64,000 bases of DNA from Camelus ferus (taxonomy: Eukaryota), in contig NC_045697.1 in the NCBI RefSeq assembly GCF_009834535.1, positions 81,532,001 through 81,596,000 of the forward strand. Direction: 5' to 3'. Positions 37,440 to 50,192 of this stretch are shown here, in pieces. How positions within the stretch are numbered: the stretch's first letter is position 1; the number at the start of each line of letters is the position of its first letter. The position numbers and the translations under genes are program-made. Under the pieces are notes generated by a model. The model ran no database searches. It was not told where the DNA came from and worked only from the letters and a program-made list of their open reading frames with translations.

Positions 37440-37650
37440 GAGTTAAGCATTTCCTTTTTATAAATTTTTCTTCATTTTTAAGTATCTTTTCTTGTTGGCT
37501 TGTAAGAAGTCCTTGCATATTCTAGGTATAATTTTCTTGTCACTTTTGGACATTGCAAATGTTTTCTTCTAATACATCATCAATCTATTAGCTTCTTCAG
37601 TGATGTCCTTCATTGTAATGAATTCTTATTTTGATATAATCATATTCATC
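37440..37650 (-). mobile_element. Ancient L1 ORF2 fragment
   Basis: TTGTAAGAAGTCCTTGCATATTCTAGGTA..CATTGCAAATGTTTTCTTC..GATGTCCTT, antisense L1ME-type ORF2. Confidence 0.6.
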
Positions 37651-37897
37651 TTTACTCATTTTCTATTTTAAAACTATGGCTGAGCAATACCTCCCTTTCT
37701 TTCTTTTCTTCCTTCTTTCCTCTTTCTCTCCTTCCTCTCTTTCTTTCTTTTTCCAGTTAGCAGTATGGCTCACTTATTAATGAATCTTTGTTCCTTTATG
37801 GAAATTTTGGAGTAAACCTATCAAGTATCTTAAAAAATACCCCACTTCAATTTTAGTAGAGTAATAAAATATATCTTATATTATTTCTTTAAATATA

Positions 37898-38160
37898 TTA
37901 TGTCATCCAACATTGTTTTCTAAATGCCTTACATCCACTTAATATGAGTTTTTTTTTTAACATTATTTGCTCTTTGTTTCCAAAAGCTTTTAGAATTTTC
38001 TTTTTATACTTGGTATTTCTAAATATAACTATAATGTGTCTAGGTGTGTGATTTTCTTGATCTCTCATATTTATTACTCTATGAATCCTTTCAATTTGTG
38101 CATTTTTATCATTTTCTAGATCTGAGAAATGTATTCCCATTATTTCTTCAACACTTTATC
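37898..38160 (-). mobile_element. L1/HAL1 ORF1 remnant
   Basis: Track ORF FSDLENDKNAQIERIHRV..HTPRHIIVIFRNTKYKKKILKA resembles ORF1p QIERAHR..TPRHIIVKF..KEKILKA. Confidence 0.8.
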
Positions 38161-39007
38161 CTTTTCATTTATCTGTCTTTGCACTTCGGACTCCTAAACC
38201 CTGGCGCTGACACCTTTGTTTCTGCCATAGTGTATTTAAAGAGGGAAACAGTGAACAGCACTTTGCTCCTGCTCCTCAGCATTTCACTGTAAACTCTTGT
38301 AGACAGTGGTGAAAGTTGATGGATGTCCTTAGGTTGAAATATACCAGCCTCAGGGGTTCAGACAGGGAGGAAGACGGAATGTGAAAGAACCAAATGTCAG
38401 CAGTGAGTATCAGAGCCTTTATGCTTTGCTTTTACCCCAACTACTGGCTAAGAGAAAGTCAGTATTTCCAAAGACAACCTGAAGAAAAGTCAAGGCAGAT
38501 ATTAAACATTTCCTCAACCTACTCTTTCACTGCTGCACCAACCTAACCCTGGCTTCAAGCCACCGCCACTACTCAATACATATTCCACTTCAAGACAGAC
38601 TTCAGTGTCTCCAAGATTTTTTCACAGTAGCATTGTTCATTTCTGTTAATCACATTTCCTACTCTCTTTCAATAATTTTCCACCATTTTTTTCTGTAGCG
38701 AGGAACCAGCAGACTGTACCAGTTTACTGTCTTGACAAGAACTGAGAAACACTGCTAAGGTTCTTTCTTTCCATATCAAGCCTCTCCATATTTTTTTTTA
38801 ATATCTAAAGCAATCTTTATACAGATGCATGCATTGATCCAGCATTATTCTTCTTCTTTACATACAACAGTTTTCTTAAATTTATCTTCTTTCATAAGCC
38901 CAAATCATCTGTTTTTATATATACATACATATAGCTGTATCTATACAGATGCATATTTATATAGAATATATTATCTTAAATCACTTAAGTATGCAAAAAC
39001 TCTATGT

Positions 39008-39091
39008 TTTAAATAAGGTCCCATTCTGAGGTACTGGGGGTTAGGACTTCAACATATCTATTTTTGAGAGAATACAGCTGAAGTCTTAATA
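39008..39091 (-). mobile_element. MLT1A-C LTR 5'-end fragment
   Basis: AAATAAGGTCCCATTCTGAGGTACTGGGGGTTAGGACTTCAACATAT. Confidence 0.75.
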
Positions 39092-39999
39092 CCTACCACA
39101 TATTCAGTAAACAAGAATATAACATTTTTGAACATCACTAATGACTGCCACTTTTATTTTTCAATTTTTAAGTACTTTAATAATTTTTGAATACATATCT
39201 CTATAAACTACTGCACTATATTTTGAATAGAAATTCTTTAAAGTAGAATTACTTTGTCAACTACTCTGACAAGTTTCTATGGTTTTGTTAAATTGAGTAA
39301 AATTGACTCAAATTATTGTTCGACAGCAATTTTTAATGTCTACTAAGCTTTAAACATTTGCTACTGTTTTTGTATTGATTATCATCAATTAGAAAAAAAA
39401 ACTGTACATTATTATAATTTTTGTACATTATTTCAATTAGCTTTCATTTTTCTTAGCAACATCTTTCCTCAACAATTATTTGTGAGTGGATTATGCATGT
39501 TTGTTGAAAACTTTCTGTTGAAAGGTATAGGCTTTCATTTATTGATTATAGGTTAATTTATGTATAGAAATATTAAACTTTTATGCAGTATCTTACCTGT
39601 TTTTTCAGCCTTATTTAAAATTTTATATCTTGTTATTTGACTTTTATTACCTTCATGTCATTTTAATACGAAGCATTTTAGTTAATAAATCTAACAATCT
39701 TTCCTTTCATGGTTGTTTCTTTTGCTCTTGTAACACAGATCACACATTCATCTTATAGTTCATCTGTAAACCAAGTTCAGATACTCACTTGTAATTTCTT
39801 ACGATTTTTCCTTGCCAAAAATTCTAACTCATCCACTCCTTTTCATTTCTGTTACCTCCTCTAGCCAGTTTTCCAAAATGAGATCATGGTGAGATTGCTC
39901 TTTTATAAATCCTGTCTCCTATAAAAATTTTATAATATTTAGTTGCCTTTCCCCCTCCCTCAGATTAGGAGGCAGCCACCACACAAGGGTTGTTTGCCA

Positions 40000-40072
40000 T
40001 TGAGTGTCTAGCACCTAATTCAGTGCCTGGCAGAGAGCGGATCGATAAATAGGTTTTGAATAAACGGAAGAA
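40000..40072 (+). mobile_element. L2 3' terminus
   Basis: TAGCACCTAATTCAGTGCCTGGCAGAGAG..ATAAATAGGTTTTGAATAAA. Confidence 0.55.
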
Positions 40073-42391
40073 TTGACATTAATCTGGATTCAGTCAGTTT
40101 CTTGAAATTAATTCTTTAACAGTTTAAATTTTTCTACAATTGGTATTGATCAATTCATCTTCACTCAAAATTTTAAGTCCGTTTAAAAATTTTTTGGAAA
40201 ATACACTTTTTCATTTCAAAGTTATTACAGAATTATGTATATTATTTCCTTTTTGTTTATTTCTGTGGCAGGGCAAATTTTTAATTGTGATAATTTTGTG
40301 TCCAATTAATTTATTGTTTGTGTTATCTACAGTATATTTTGTACTTGACTCCTGGATTAATTGGTTTCAAAGCATCTATAATTTCTGGTCATCAAAATGG
40401 ATGAAGGTAGTATGAAGTAAATGTTGATTTGATGCTTGTGTTGAACGATCTCTACTTTAGCATCTTAACTGATATAATTAGCCAAAATAGTTTTATTATC
40501 TCAAAATGTGCAATGGATATTATTTTCTATAAAATTAAATTCAGTATAGGCATAGATAAGGAAGCATTTAATTGAGTCAGTAGCAGATGGTGTATGAATA
40601 CAGTTTTCCTTAGCAACACCACATCAAGATTTCATACCCTTTTTTACACTGGTTGTAAATATATAATTATCAAAAGAAAACTCATCAATATTGGTCCCAA
40701 TCTATCTTATCTGGGGAACAAAATGTTAATTTCCCCTAGATAACTTCTGGCAAATTTTATCATATATTTTATGTTTCAAGTTCCTGATGCACTAGTTTTA
40801 CTACCTTGGGGTTGGTTGATAGTGTTAATTTTTATTTCAGCATCAGTTGTACTTCCCTCTTTCTTTTTTTCTGTTTTGCCAAATTTATTGATTCTCTTCG
40901 ATACTGATTGGGGGTCTTATTTATTCCTTTGCCGTTTTATAAGGTTTTGTTATAACAGAAGAAAATTTCACAGAAAACTCTTCCCTAAACTCTCCAGTCT
41001 CTTTGTTATGAATTATATTGAGATCATAACCACTTTTAGTTAGTGTAAGTGTTCTGCATAAACTTGCAGAGCTTGTATTTGTATTTATTTGAATTATGAA
41101 TGCAACAGAATCAGAAATCAAAACTCAGTTATTGCTCAGTAGCTAACATATTTGGTAGTATCAAATCATTTGGGTAGTTTTTGTTGTATCAGATATATTC
41201 ACTTAAAATTGCTTTGATGTGTAATCCCAAGTACACACAAGCAAATTCGCTTAGAAATTCTCAGTACAAATGATGTGATGAGCTATATTTCTGTAGGTGT
41301 TTTCCATAAACATCAGTATTGGCATTTTTTTAATGTTACTTACCTGGACCAAGGCCATTTTTCTCACTTAAAGCAATGATATCACTTTGTAAATTGTTTC
41401 TGTAACTGAATGCTTGTTCTGACCCTGGCTGTAACAAAGACCTGGGTTCACTAGCTTGGATAACTGCCCAGCATTACAAAGAATGCTGAATCTCCTCGTC
41501 TTGCCTCTTTGTATCAGTAAAGTCTCCACTGTTTTGCCTTTAACGCTTTTTATGATATCATATTTAAGCTCTCTTTTTCTATAACTCATTAGAAATATTT
41601 CTGTTTCTTAGGGAACCCTGAGATCACATAGTATTGATGTAAAACCAGGGAATCTATTAACACTAGAGAAGGTTAGTGTGAAATCTTAGAAAACGGCAGT
41701 ACAAAGCAGTTACTAAGCATGTTTCCCAGCTTCATAGAAACCACTAATGTCTCTGTAACAAAATAGCTCTTTGAGGTCTGAAAGTCAGGATTAAAAAAAT
41801 GTGGTACAGTGGAATGAAAACAGTTACAAGACATTTTTACCTTAGATCAAATGATAGCTGGTAGGCCACAGGTAGAATATCCCAGGACATGCATTCATAA
41901 ATAGAGATTCTGGAGAGTCACTTCACTGAATAGATCTATGAAGTGTGGAGAGGAAAGGTGTCATTCTCCTTGACTTACAAGAGGTTGAAAGTTAGTAAAT
42001 CAGATAGACTGAAGCCTCTCTAACCTGAAAGCTAGAGTACCTAGCCAACATGAGGAAGAGAAAAGCTTTCTCTTAGTTTCTGGACAAAGGAAGTGACAAA
42101 TTTCCCGCTGCTGTAGCTCTAGCCCACAGAGAGTGAGATCTAATAATCCCCACTCCTCTGGGGGTCCACTGAAGCCACTACCTGAAGCCATGCCCCAAGG
42201 AGTAGTCTAAAATCTCTGACAGTGTACCTAATGTGTTCTAACTGCCAGGAAAAAGAAAAAGAAAAAAGAAAAACAAATTGAACATATCAAACAGACAAGT
42301 CATAGTAAGGAAGAATTTTTGGAAGAGAGAAGTGGCAATTTGAACAACAACGAGAGGAAGAGAGAGACATACAGGGGCATGGATATTAGGG

Positions 42392-43001
42392 TGTAAAATT
42401 AAGAAAAAGAAATCCAAACTTAGTAAAGACAAACTATTTGAAAGGATATTGCAAGAAGAGCAAAGTTACTACTGCAATTAGGGAGGGGCCCTATTGAAAT
42501 GGGGAGAACATTCTGATCATAAGATTAGCAAGTGTCTCAAGGATTTTCTTCTATACAGAGAACTGAACAAGGTGAAAAACAACCAGGTGTGGGCAAGGGG
42601 GATGAACAGAAGTGGCATAATTGGACAGTAGATCCAAGAATGTTTTACCTGAAGGCCTGGCCTATTCTCAGGGGAGGCTGAGGAGGGTTGGGATGCTGGT
42701 TCAGGCTGACGGTGGGTGAAAGTATAAGGGACCTTCAGGAAGGAGAGAAAATTAACCAAAGTTTGGTTAGCAAGCATGTTGTTACAACTGATCAATTAAT
42801 GAGACAAAGGATGGTAATCTGAAGGATCCATTTCTGGTCTTGTTAAAAGTACACAGGGAGGTGCCCGAGTTTCATGTAAGTCATATGGGGATGGATGGTT
42901 CTTTGCAGTAAGTCCTTTGTTAGGACACGCAGGCTGAGGGGATTTCTTAATCTTTACTGCTTTCCAGGAGTAGAGGCCTCAAGTAAGGTTCAATATTGTC
43001 A
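42392..43001 (-). mobile_element. ERV solo LTR, MER77-like
   Basis: Reverse strand starts TGACAATATTGAACCTTACTTGAGGCC..CTCCTGGAAAGCAG..TTAAGAAATCCCC..GCAAAGAACCATCCATCCCCATATGACTTA; ends TTGAGACACTTGC..TTCTCCCC..TAAGTTTGGATTT..TTTTACA. Confidence 0.75.
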
Positions 43002-43059
43002 TGAAGTGTTTTTAAAGCACAAAACAGTTTGTGGAACTTAAATTTTTTTGAACTGTAAG

Positions 43060-44560
43060 CAATCAAGAGATTGAAAAAATTTTCACTATAGGATGGATAA
43101 ATCCCTATCTGGAAGATTAAATGAAAGAAATAGCATAAAAATTAGAGTAAAATTCCAGAAAGTTAAAAATCATGAAAAAAGAGACAAAATAATTAGAGTC
43201 AGATAATGACAACTAATGTAAAAATAATTTAAAGAGTTAGGAAGAGTCTTTTAAAATAAAATTAAGGAGAGATAAACATAAAACACACTACAAATTTTAA
43301 AACCTTTTGAAGTGAAATTCTGCTGTTTTAAGGTTTTTTTTCCCCAAGTTCAAGGCAAGACTGGAAAGAACAAAGACACATACACAAACACACAAGCATA
43401 TATTGGTAAAAATTTCAATTCCATGGATAAACAAAATCTGACAAACTTCCAATTAGAGAAAATAAATGATTTGTAAAAGTAGAAATAATAAGACTGATAT
43501 GAGTTTTCTTATGTGCAAAACTGGAAGCTAGAAGGATGTGAATCACATCTACATAATAACAAAAAATAAGCCTGGAATTCAATATTCTTATATGCAACTA
43601 AGAAATACATGATGTATCGATCAGGGTGATAGAAACATATTTCCAAAGTTTAGGGGTCCAGAGATTGTTATCACTTATGTCCTATATGTGAAGAAAATAT
43701 TTCAGAAAAGGACATAAACAAAACAGTGTATTAACCCAAACTATAACTGGATATAGGGGAAGATGAAGAAGGATTATAGTGAGTGATCAAAATTTCTATT
43801 CTCTCTCTCTCCCTCTCTGCCTCTCTCCCTCCCTCCCTTCCTGTTTTTCTCTTTCTCTTCTTTATCTACCTATGTATGCGTGTTTAAGGAGTGTCTCAGC
43901 TTGTAATATTAATGCTGAAGAGAATTTTTGAAGTATAGCACATATATCATAAAGAAGAGCAGAATAACAGAAACTGAGTCAAACATGAAAGCTAGGTGGG
44001 AGGAAGGTGGGGAGTAAAATCTTTCACAGATCACAGCAGATGTGGTTAAAATTTAGAAGTCACATTAGTCTAATAGTTACTTCTAGTTTGGAGAGGAGAA
44101 CGGATTTGTGCAATAGAACCACCAGATTACTAGGGGGGAAAGGACAATGAATAGTAATATGCATCAAACTGGCATATATATATATATTTATAAATTAAAG
44201 GTAAATAGGTCATTAAATATCAGATATTGTCCTACTGGGTGGGATAAAATAAATGCTATAAATTGCTTTAAATGACTTTTAAACCAAGTGCAGAATGAAA
44301 GTTAATATAAAGAAATCTGCAGATGCACAGTAGCTAAACACATAAAAATAAAGTGGCACTATTAACATCAAATAAGTGTGAATTCAAATGATAAGATTAT
44401 CAATAGGTTGAAGATGGGCATCATGTATTGATAAAAAGCTCAATTTAGGAATTAGATATAACATTCATAAGTTTACATACATCTCAAAATACCAACTAAA
44501 TATATAGTCAATACTATCAAACATTTTACATAAAAAAGGAAAATAAAACTTTGAAAAAGG
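43060..44560 (+). mobile_element. Ancient L1ME-type ORF1 end to ORF2 endonuclease remnant
   Basis: ATAAGACTGATATGAG..AACTGGAAGCTAGAAG (ORF1 C-terminus); GTGGCACTATTAACATCAAATAAG..GAAGATGGGCATCATGTATTGATAAAA (cf. EN GVAILISDK..EGHYIMIKG). Confidence 0.6.
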
Positions 44561-45166
44561 AGGTGTTAGTAAACATTATTTTAATAGACAGCTTAGACAG
44601 ATCAAAGTAACTCATGTATTTAACATACAATCAAATTATTACTTACATTATCACATAGCAATTTTTGTTTTTATTTTTGAGTGGGGAATATATTTTTTGT
44701 ATATCCCTGGCACATTCCCTAACACGCTTATTTTTTTTTAAAGCTTAGTAAATTCTCCATGGTAACTATGCCCCTAAATAAAAATATATATTGAAATATA
44801 ACAAATATATTTATTGTTAGATAGAAGAGATCAACCATAAAGTTCAATTTGCCTAAAAAGCAATGAAAAGGAGAGCACATCTTGTACCTGCACTTAAGCC
44901 TGATGAAGTCTGAGGAACACTGTCATTGCAAACTTAATTAGATGGTGATTCCAACTTTAGCTGAAGCAAATTAACAAAGCCCCTGAAACTTGGTAAGAAG
45001 CTATGCATTTTTTCCCTTTCTGATTGGTAAGGAAGCTTAGGGAGTGAAGAGTGATAGGAAGAGAGACATCACCTCCTCTGCATCGCACTGTATCTTCCAA
45101 CAGTTACATTTCCTCATGGTTATACCTTGTGCTTGACTGGCCCATCATAATTCCAGTTTCCCTCTT

Positions 45167-45541
45167 TGTATTAGTTTTTTTGGGCTGTCAACCTGGGCGG
45201 CTTAAAACACAGAAATTTATTTTCTCAGAGTCCAAGATGATGGTGTCTTCAGGTGTGGTTTCTCCTGACCCCTCTCTCCTTGTCTTACAGACGGACACTT
45301 TCTTGCTGTCTCCTCATGTGATCCTTATTCTATGTATGTGCATCTCTAGTGTTTCTTCCTGTGTCCAAATTTCTTCCTCTTATAAGGACACCAGTCAGAT
45401 TGGATTGGGGCACCTTACTGGCCTCATTTTAACTGAATCAAAATGTAAAGGCCCTGTCTTCTAAATAATTACATTCTGATATACCCGGAGGTCAGGGCTT
45501 TAACAAATGACTGCTGAAAGAATTCAATTCAGCCTACAACA
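45167..45541 (-). mobile_element. MaLR solo LTR, MLT1A/B-like
   Basis: TGTATTAGTTT..GGCTTAAAACACAGAAATTTATTTTCTCA..TCTTATAAGGACACCAGTCAGATTGGATT..AATTCAGCCTACAACA. Confidence 0.85.
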
Positions 45542-45756
45542 TTCTTCTATTTGTCTTTCAGCCTAGGAGAAACAATGGTATTTGGCGGCAGTTAATTACC
45601 AGTCCTCTTCTGCTAGCTTTTGTGCTCTTTGATGGACTTTGCTTTTGATTTTTAGAAGCATTTCAAAATTATGCTTCACTTCATTATACTTTTTAAAATT
45701 TTAAAATTTTTAATTTTCATTTTAATTTATTATGTATGTATGTACATATGTACATG

Positions 45757-45975
45757 TTTATTTTTATCTGAAGTCTAGTCTGTTACAATGTGTCAGGTTT
45801 TGGTGTATAGCACAATGTCCCAGTCATGCATATACATACATATATTAATTTTCATATTCTTTTTCATTAAAGGTTCTTACAAGATATTGAATATAGTCAT
45901 ATTGTATTATACAGAAGAAATTTCTTTTTTTAATCTCTTTTTATATATAGTGGTTAACATCTGCAAATCTCAAAT
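45757..45975 (-). mobile_element. Short L1 3'UTR insertion, same subfamily as 22540-22758
   Basis: Reverse strand ATTTGAGATTTGCAGATGTTAACCACTATATATAAAAA..GACTGGGACATTGTGCTATACACC; AT-rich tail may extend to ~45690. Confidence 0.88.
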
Positions 45976-46489
45976 AATTTTGATACTTTAGGGGTAAGAT
46001 AACCTACACAGCACCTGGCACTTCATCCATTTCTTACATAACTCATATATCTGTTGACCACTAGCATGCTTTTATTAATACCACTGTCATGATCAAGCCC
46101 TCAGACTAGATATATATGCTGCAAATACAAATAAATTGTTTCCCATTTTACAATTGAATAATATCGTTTCACTGTTTTCTATGAACCTACCTGAAAATGA
46201 AGAGACTAGCCTTAACTGGCTGGCTACTCAGTGTCATTCTTAGCATAGTGATATTTATCATGAAAGCTCCATAGTGACTTAAGGACTATGAATCAAAAAC
46301 TATTAAAAACTATTAAGATATATTAACATGACAAAATATAGCACTGACACTGGAGGAATCTAATCAAGATTCAGTGGACTGTGTTTTAATTGGTTCTAGA
46401 CCCTCTAATTCTTATAGTCTTCTTTTACTCTACAAAAGACTTCTGTATTTTCACTGCTCATTAATAAAACAAAGACTTAAAAATAAGCT

Positions 46490-46945
46490 GTATTTTTAAC
46501 AATAATATTATGTAACAAACCACTGAAAGCTAATTAGCTTAAAACAGTAATTATTAGTCTCATGTATCTGCATTTTTGCTGAGGGTTGGCTGTTCTAGGC
46601 TGGGCTTGGCTCCAACCTCCACCTTGGGACCAGATCTGCTTTGTGTATTTTTTTTTTTTTTTTTGATCATTACTCAGTCAGGTGTATGTTCTTATTATAT
46701 GATGGAAGAAGAGAAAGAAGCAAGCTCAATGACACAAGCATATTTCAAGCCTCTGCTTTCATTATGACTGATGTAACATTCTACTGGCCAAAGCAAGCCT
46801 TATGATAAGCTCAAAGTCAATAGGCAAAGAAGTACATTCCCCCTCTAGTAGAAAAAAAACAAAAACAAAAACAAACAAAAAAACCCCTGCAAAGTCCATC
46901 ATAAAGGGAGTAAATGGAATGAGAGGGGAATATTTGGGGATATTT
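46490..46945 (-). mobile_element. MaLR solo LTR, MLT1H-like
   Basis: TGTAACAAACCAC..GCTTAAAACAGTAA..GGCTGGGCTTGGCTCCAA..CACAAGCATATTTCAAGCCTCTGC..CTGGCCAAAGCAAG..CAAAGTCAA. Confidence 0.7.
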
Positions 46946-48074
46946 TACAGATGTGACTAAATATTAACAGGTTCTTAGAGTTTACAGAGAAACATTCAGT
47001 ATTTAATTCAATCCTCAGCATTATTCTCAGACAATTACAATTAACTTCATATGATCAATATTATCACTGAAGTCCAAGGATCTAACTATTCATCTATTTT
47101 GCTTTCATGTGCACACTGTAAATACCACGGTTTAAACCATTCACCGAAGTCTCTTCCTGCCCTTTCTATCTTTCATATCTCTGCTTGACATTTTAAATAG
47201 AATGAGAAGGCTGACCAGCTACCTTCTACTGATTATAAGATAAAGGCTGTTATGCAGGATTAACTGCAGCATGATAGCTAGCTACTAAATTAATCTCCTA
47301 TGTTGGTACGGAGTTCATCTTTTATACAAAAGCAAATCTCAGGACATAAATTTTTAGTGCTTCAGAAGCTTGCTTCTTTACAATCAAGTCTTAAATGATT
47401 CTTCAAATATATTTATGAGAGGAAAAATAAATGGTTGATCACTGGAAATAAGCTTATGTCTTGCAGATTACGTTTGTGCAGAATGCTCAAATTAAATGAG
47501 TTTTAATATTCTACCCTTGAAGAGAGGATATACTTATGTACTCTTTGAAGCTTGGTTTATTGGATTATACTAGGGATTTTTAAAAATTTGATTACTTGTT
47601 TAGTTTCACTGCACTAGTTGAAAGTAGATGTGTAGGTGGAAAAAAAATTCAGTCTTTCAGGAAACAAAAAATAAAATGCCTAGTGTTCATAACATACAGA
47701 AGAAACAGTCATGAGTTTTATTTTAGAGTCAACATTTCCAAGATATAGAATGTTGATTAAATAAAACATTATTCACAGTAAATTCATATAAATTTGTTAT
47801 ACTCAAACAATAACATCCGTTGTCAAGAAAAGATTTTGACACATAATTGAATGTATACTACAAATAAATTAACATTCAGTGGGTAATGAGCAACAAGCCA
47901 TGCTGAAGTATCCCTGGTTTTTGTTTTATTCTGGATTTGACTGTTTTTTGCAAAATTTGCCTTTCAGTGCACATCACCCAGAATGATGCTGCAATATATT
48001 TATTGAATAAATGCATTCATTAACAGAGGCAAAAGAGAAAATAAAAGCATTGGAACTTTAAATAGCCACTCTGA

Positions 48075-48810
48075 TCACCGTCCTATTCTCTTTTCTACTG
48101 AGAGTCTTCCTGTCTTCAGTACGAACCTCAGTTCCCCAAATTTCCCTAGTCTGTAAATTCGTATTATCTTTAAGAGAATTCCCTTTTTTTCTTTTGTAGC
48201 TGGATATACTCTCTTTAAACCTACTCTGTACTTATACCCTTGGTTCCTTACTTGAGTGTGGAGATCAGAATCAGCTTTCTCTTTTTCTATTTCCATTAGA
48301 AAATAATTACTATCTACTGACTTCTCATTGCTCTTTACTAAGCCACTGATTCATTTTAAACTCTGTCACATTTCCCACAGCTGTTTTTCTAGATATTTCC
48401 ATGCTACTAATGTTTCCAACCTCATGTCCATCACTACTGGTCAGCAGACTATCTTGCATTATATATGACATGATAAAGACCATGAAGTATAACTTTCTTT
48501 CTCTTTCTCTGAAAAGTATCAATTTCCTTTTTCAAGTAATCACTGAGGAAAACAGTGTATTCTCACCAGGAGTAGCATCTCACCCTGCCATCCTGCCATC
48601 CTGCTTCTATCTTCTTCAACATCTTTTAGGGGCTTTATCTCTCATTTCTCCTCTCATATCCATTTCCTCTTTCTCCTGGTACTGTCACCTCTGTCTAGAT
48701 ACATTTCCAAGGAATCCTAAAAAGCAAACGGTCTTGTTAGAATCTCAAAATACTAGCCTCCTTGTCTTAAGCTTCACAACATAATTCTTAGTCCAGTAAT
48801 GCTCATTTAT
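48075..48810 (+). mobile_element. L2 LINE internal fragment
   Basis: Pyrimidine-rich decayed stretch with CTTCTTCAACATCTTTTAGG and TTTCTCCTGGT..CTCTG motifs typical of L2 ORF2. Confidence 0.45.
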
Positions 48811-48995
48811 GTGGGAAACAGGTGGGAGCACACACCTTTAGCAAACCTGAGTTTTTACAGACCTTAGATCTATGAAACTCAGATAGTCTTTGGTCCTTCA
48901 GAGTCTGCCATTCCTAATGTCTTTATCCAGAAAACACTAAAGACAGGGTACTAAAATGCATTGGGGGAGTATGGCAGGTTTAGTCTCTGGAAGAC

Positions 48996-49248
48996 TTTTG
49001 TTTTTTAATTGAAGAATAGTTGGTTTTGTTGCATTAACTTCTGTTGTACAGCATAGTGATTCATATATATAATATATGTATGTATACAAAAAACAAGATA
49101 TTGAATATAGTTTCCTGTGTATATAGTAGGACCTTGTTGTTTATCTATTTTATTATACAGTAGTTAGTATCTGCAAATTTTGAACTCTCAGTTTATCCCT
49201 CCCCACCCTCTTTCCCCTCCCTGGCAACCACAAGTTTGTTTTCTCTCT
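48996..49248 (-). mobile_element. L1 3'UTR fragment, subfamily like 10041-11190
   Basis: TTTTTTAATTGAAGAATAGTTG..TGTACAGCATAGTGATTCA..TAGGACCTTGTTGTTTATCTATTTT..TATCCCTCCCCACCC..GGCAACCACAAGTTTGTTTTCT. Confidence 0.85.
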
Positions 49249-49968
49249 GACAGGAATACTCTAAAATGGCCTTCATTTTTAACCAAGATGGCTGTGGCTT
49301 GGATGAAAAACTAGGCTTGCTTAATCTGGGCATGTCCACAAACATGTAAGTCTACAGAGCTTGTCTTAACTCAAAACAAGATATCATGGCCCATTATCAA
49401 AATTTCCTTATTTTGTTTTCTTAATTTCCTCCACTGCTACAAACGGATGCCTGCTTTTCATGATTCAGAGTGAGGTTAGATGTGCTTCTCCCTTGCTGGT
49501 GAGGGAGACTAAGATGTTGGCAGGCGAGAGGCTGAGACAACACCATCTGTGAGCTAAACACTTACAGAGTGACTATTTCTGTCACAACACAAATATATCT
49601 TCCTAGGATGTTAGAGTATTTAATGTCACAAAAATCTTTGGTGTTCATAAGCTTGAGGATAAAAATGAGTTCTTTCTTAGCAAAAGAAAAAACCAAACAT
49701 AACTGAGCATTAGTCTTAGTATGACAGGTGATAAGCAGATTGCAAATATAATTCTTATTCATAACATGCTTGCAAAAGGGACTGCTAAATCATATACAAA
49801 TGAGAACTGCTTTATATAGTGTGTAATTACTTTATGGGATACATTATCACATCTCATTAGATTGAATATATAAATAGATATCTAAAAGTTTTTATAGTAT
49901 TTATTAATGATAGAACACAGGCATGTGAAAGCTGAAATGTCAATTCAAAGTTAATAAGGCTCTGAGTT

Positions 49969-50192
49969 AGAGTTTGTCCATTTTGGAACTATTGCTCTTT
50001 TAAGTGGGATAATTCCTTGTTATGGAATCTGCTCTGGACATTGTAGGATGTTCAACAGCATGCCTCTCGCTACCCACTAGGTCACTACATGTGATTAACA
50101 ATTCTCTACTTTAGTTATGACAACCAAATATATCTCCAGGCATTGCCAAATGTCCTGTGGTGCCCATCTCATCCCCAGTTGACAATCAGAGC
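49969..50192 (-). mobile_element. MER20 (hAT-Charlie) DNA transposon
   Basis: CATTGTAGGATGTTCAACAGCAT..TACCCACTAG..TGACAACCAAATATATCTCCAGGCATTGCCAAATGTCC..CCCCAGTTGA. Confidence 0.85.

Noticed and set aside
45051..45464. 137-aa hydrophobic ORF
   Set aside because: Lies mostly inside an antisense MLT1 LTR.
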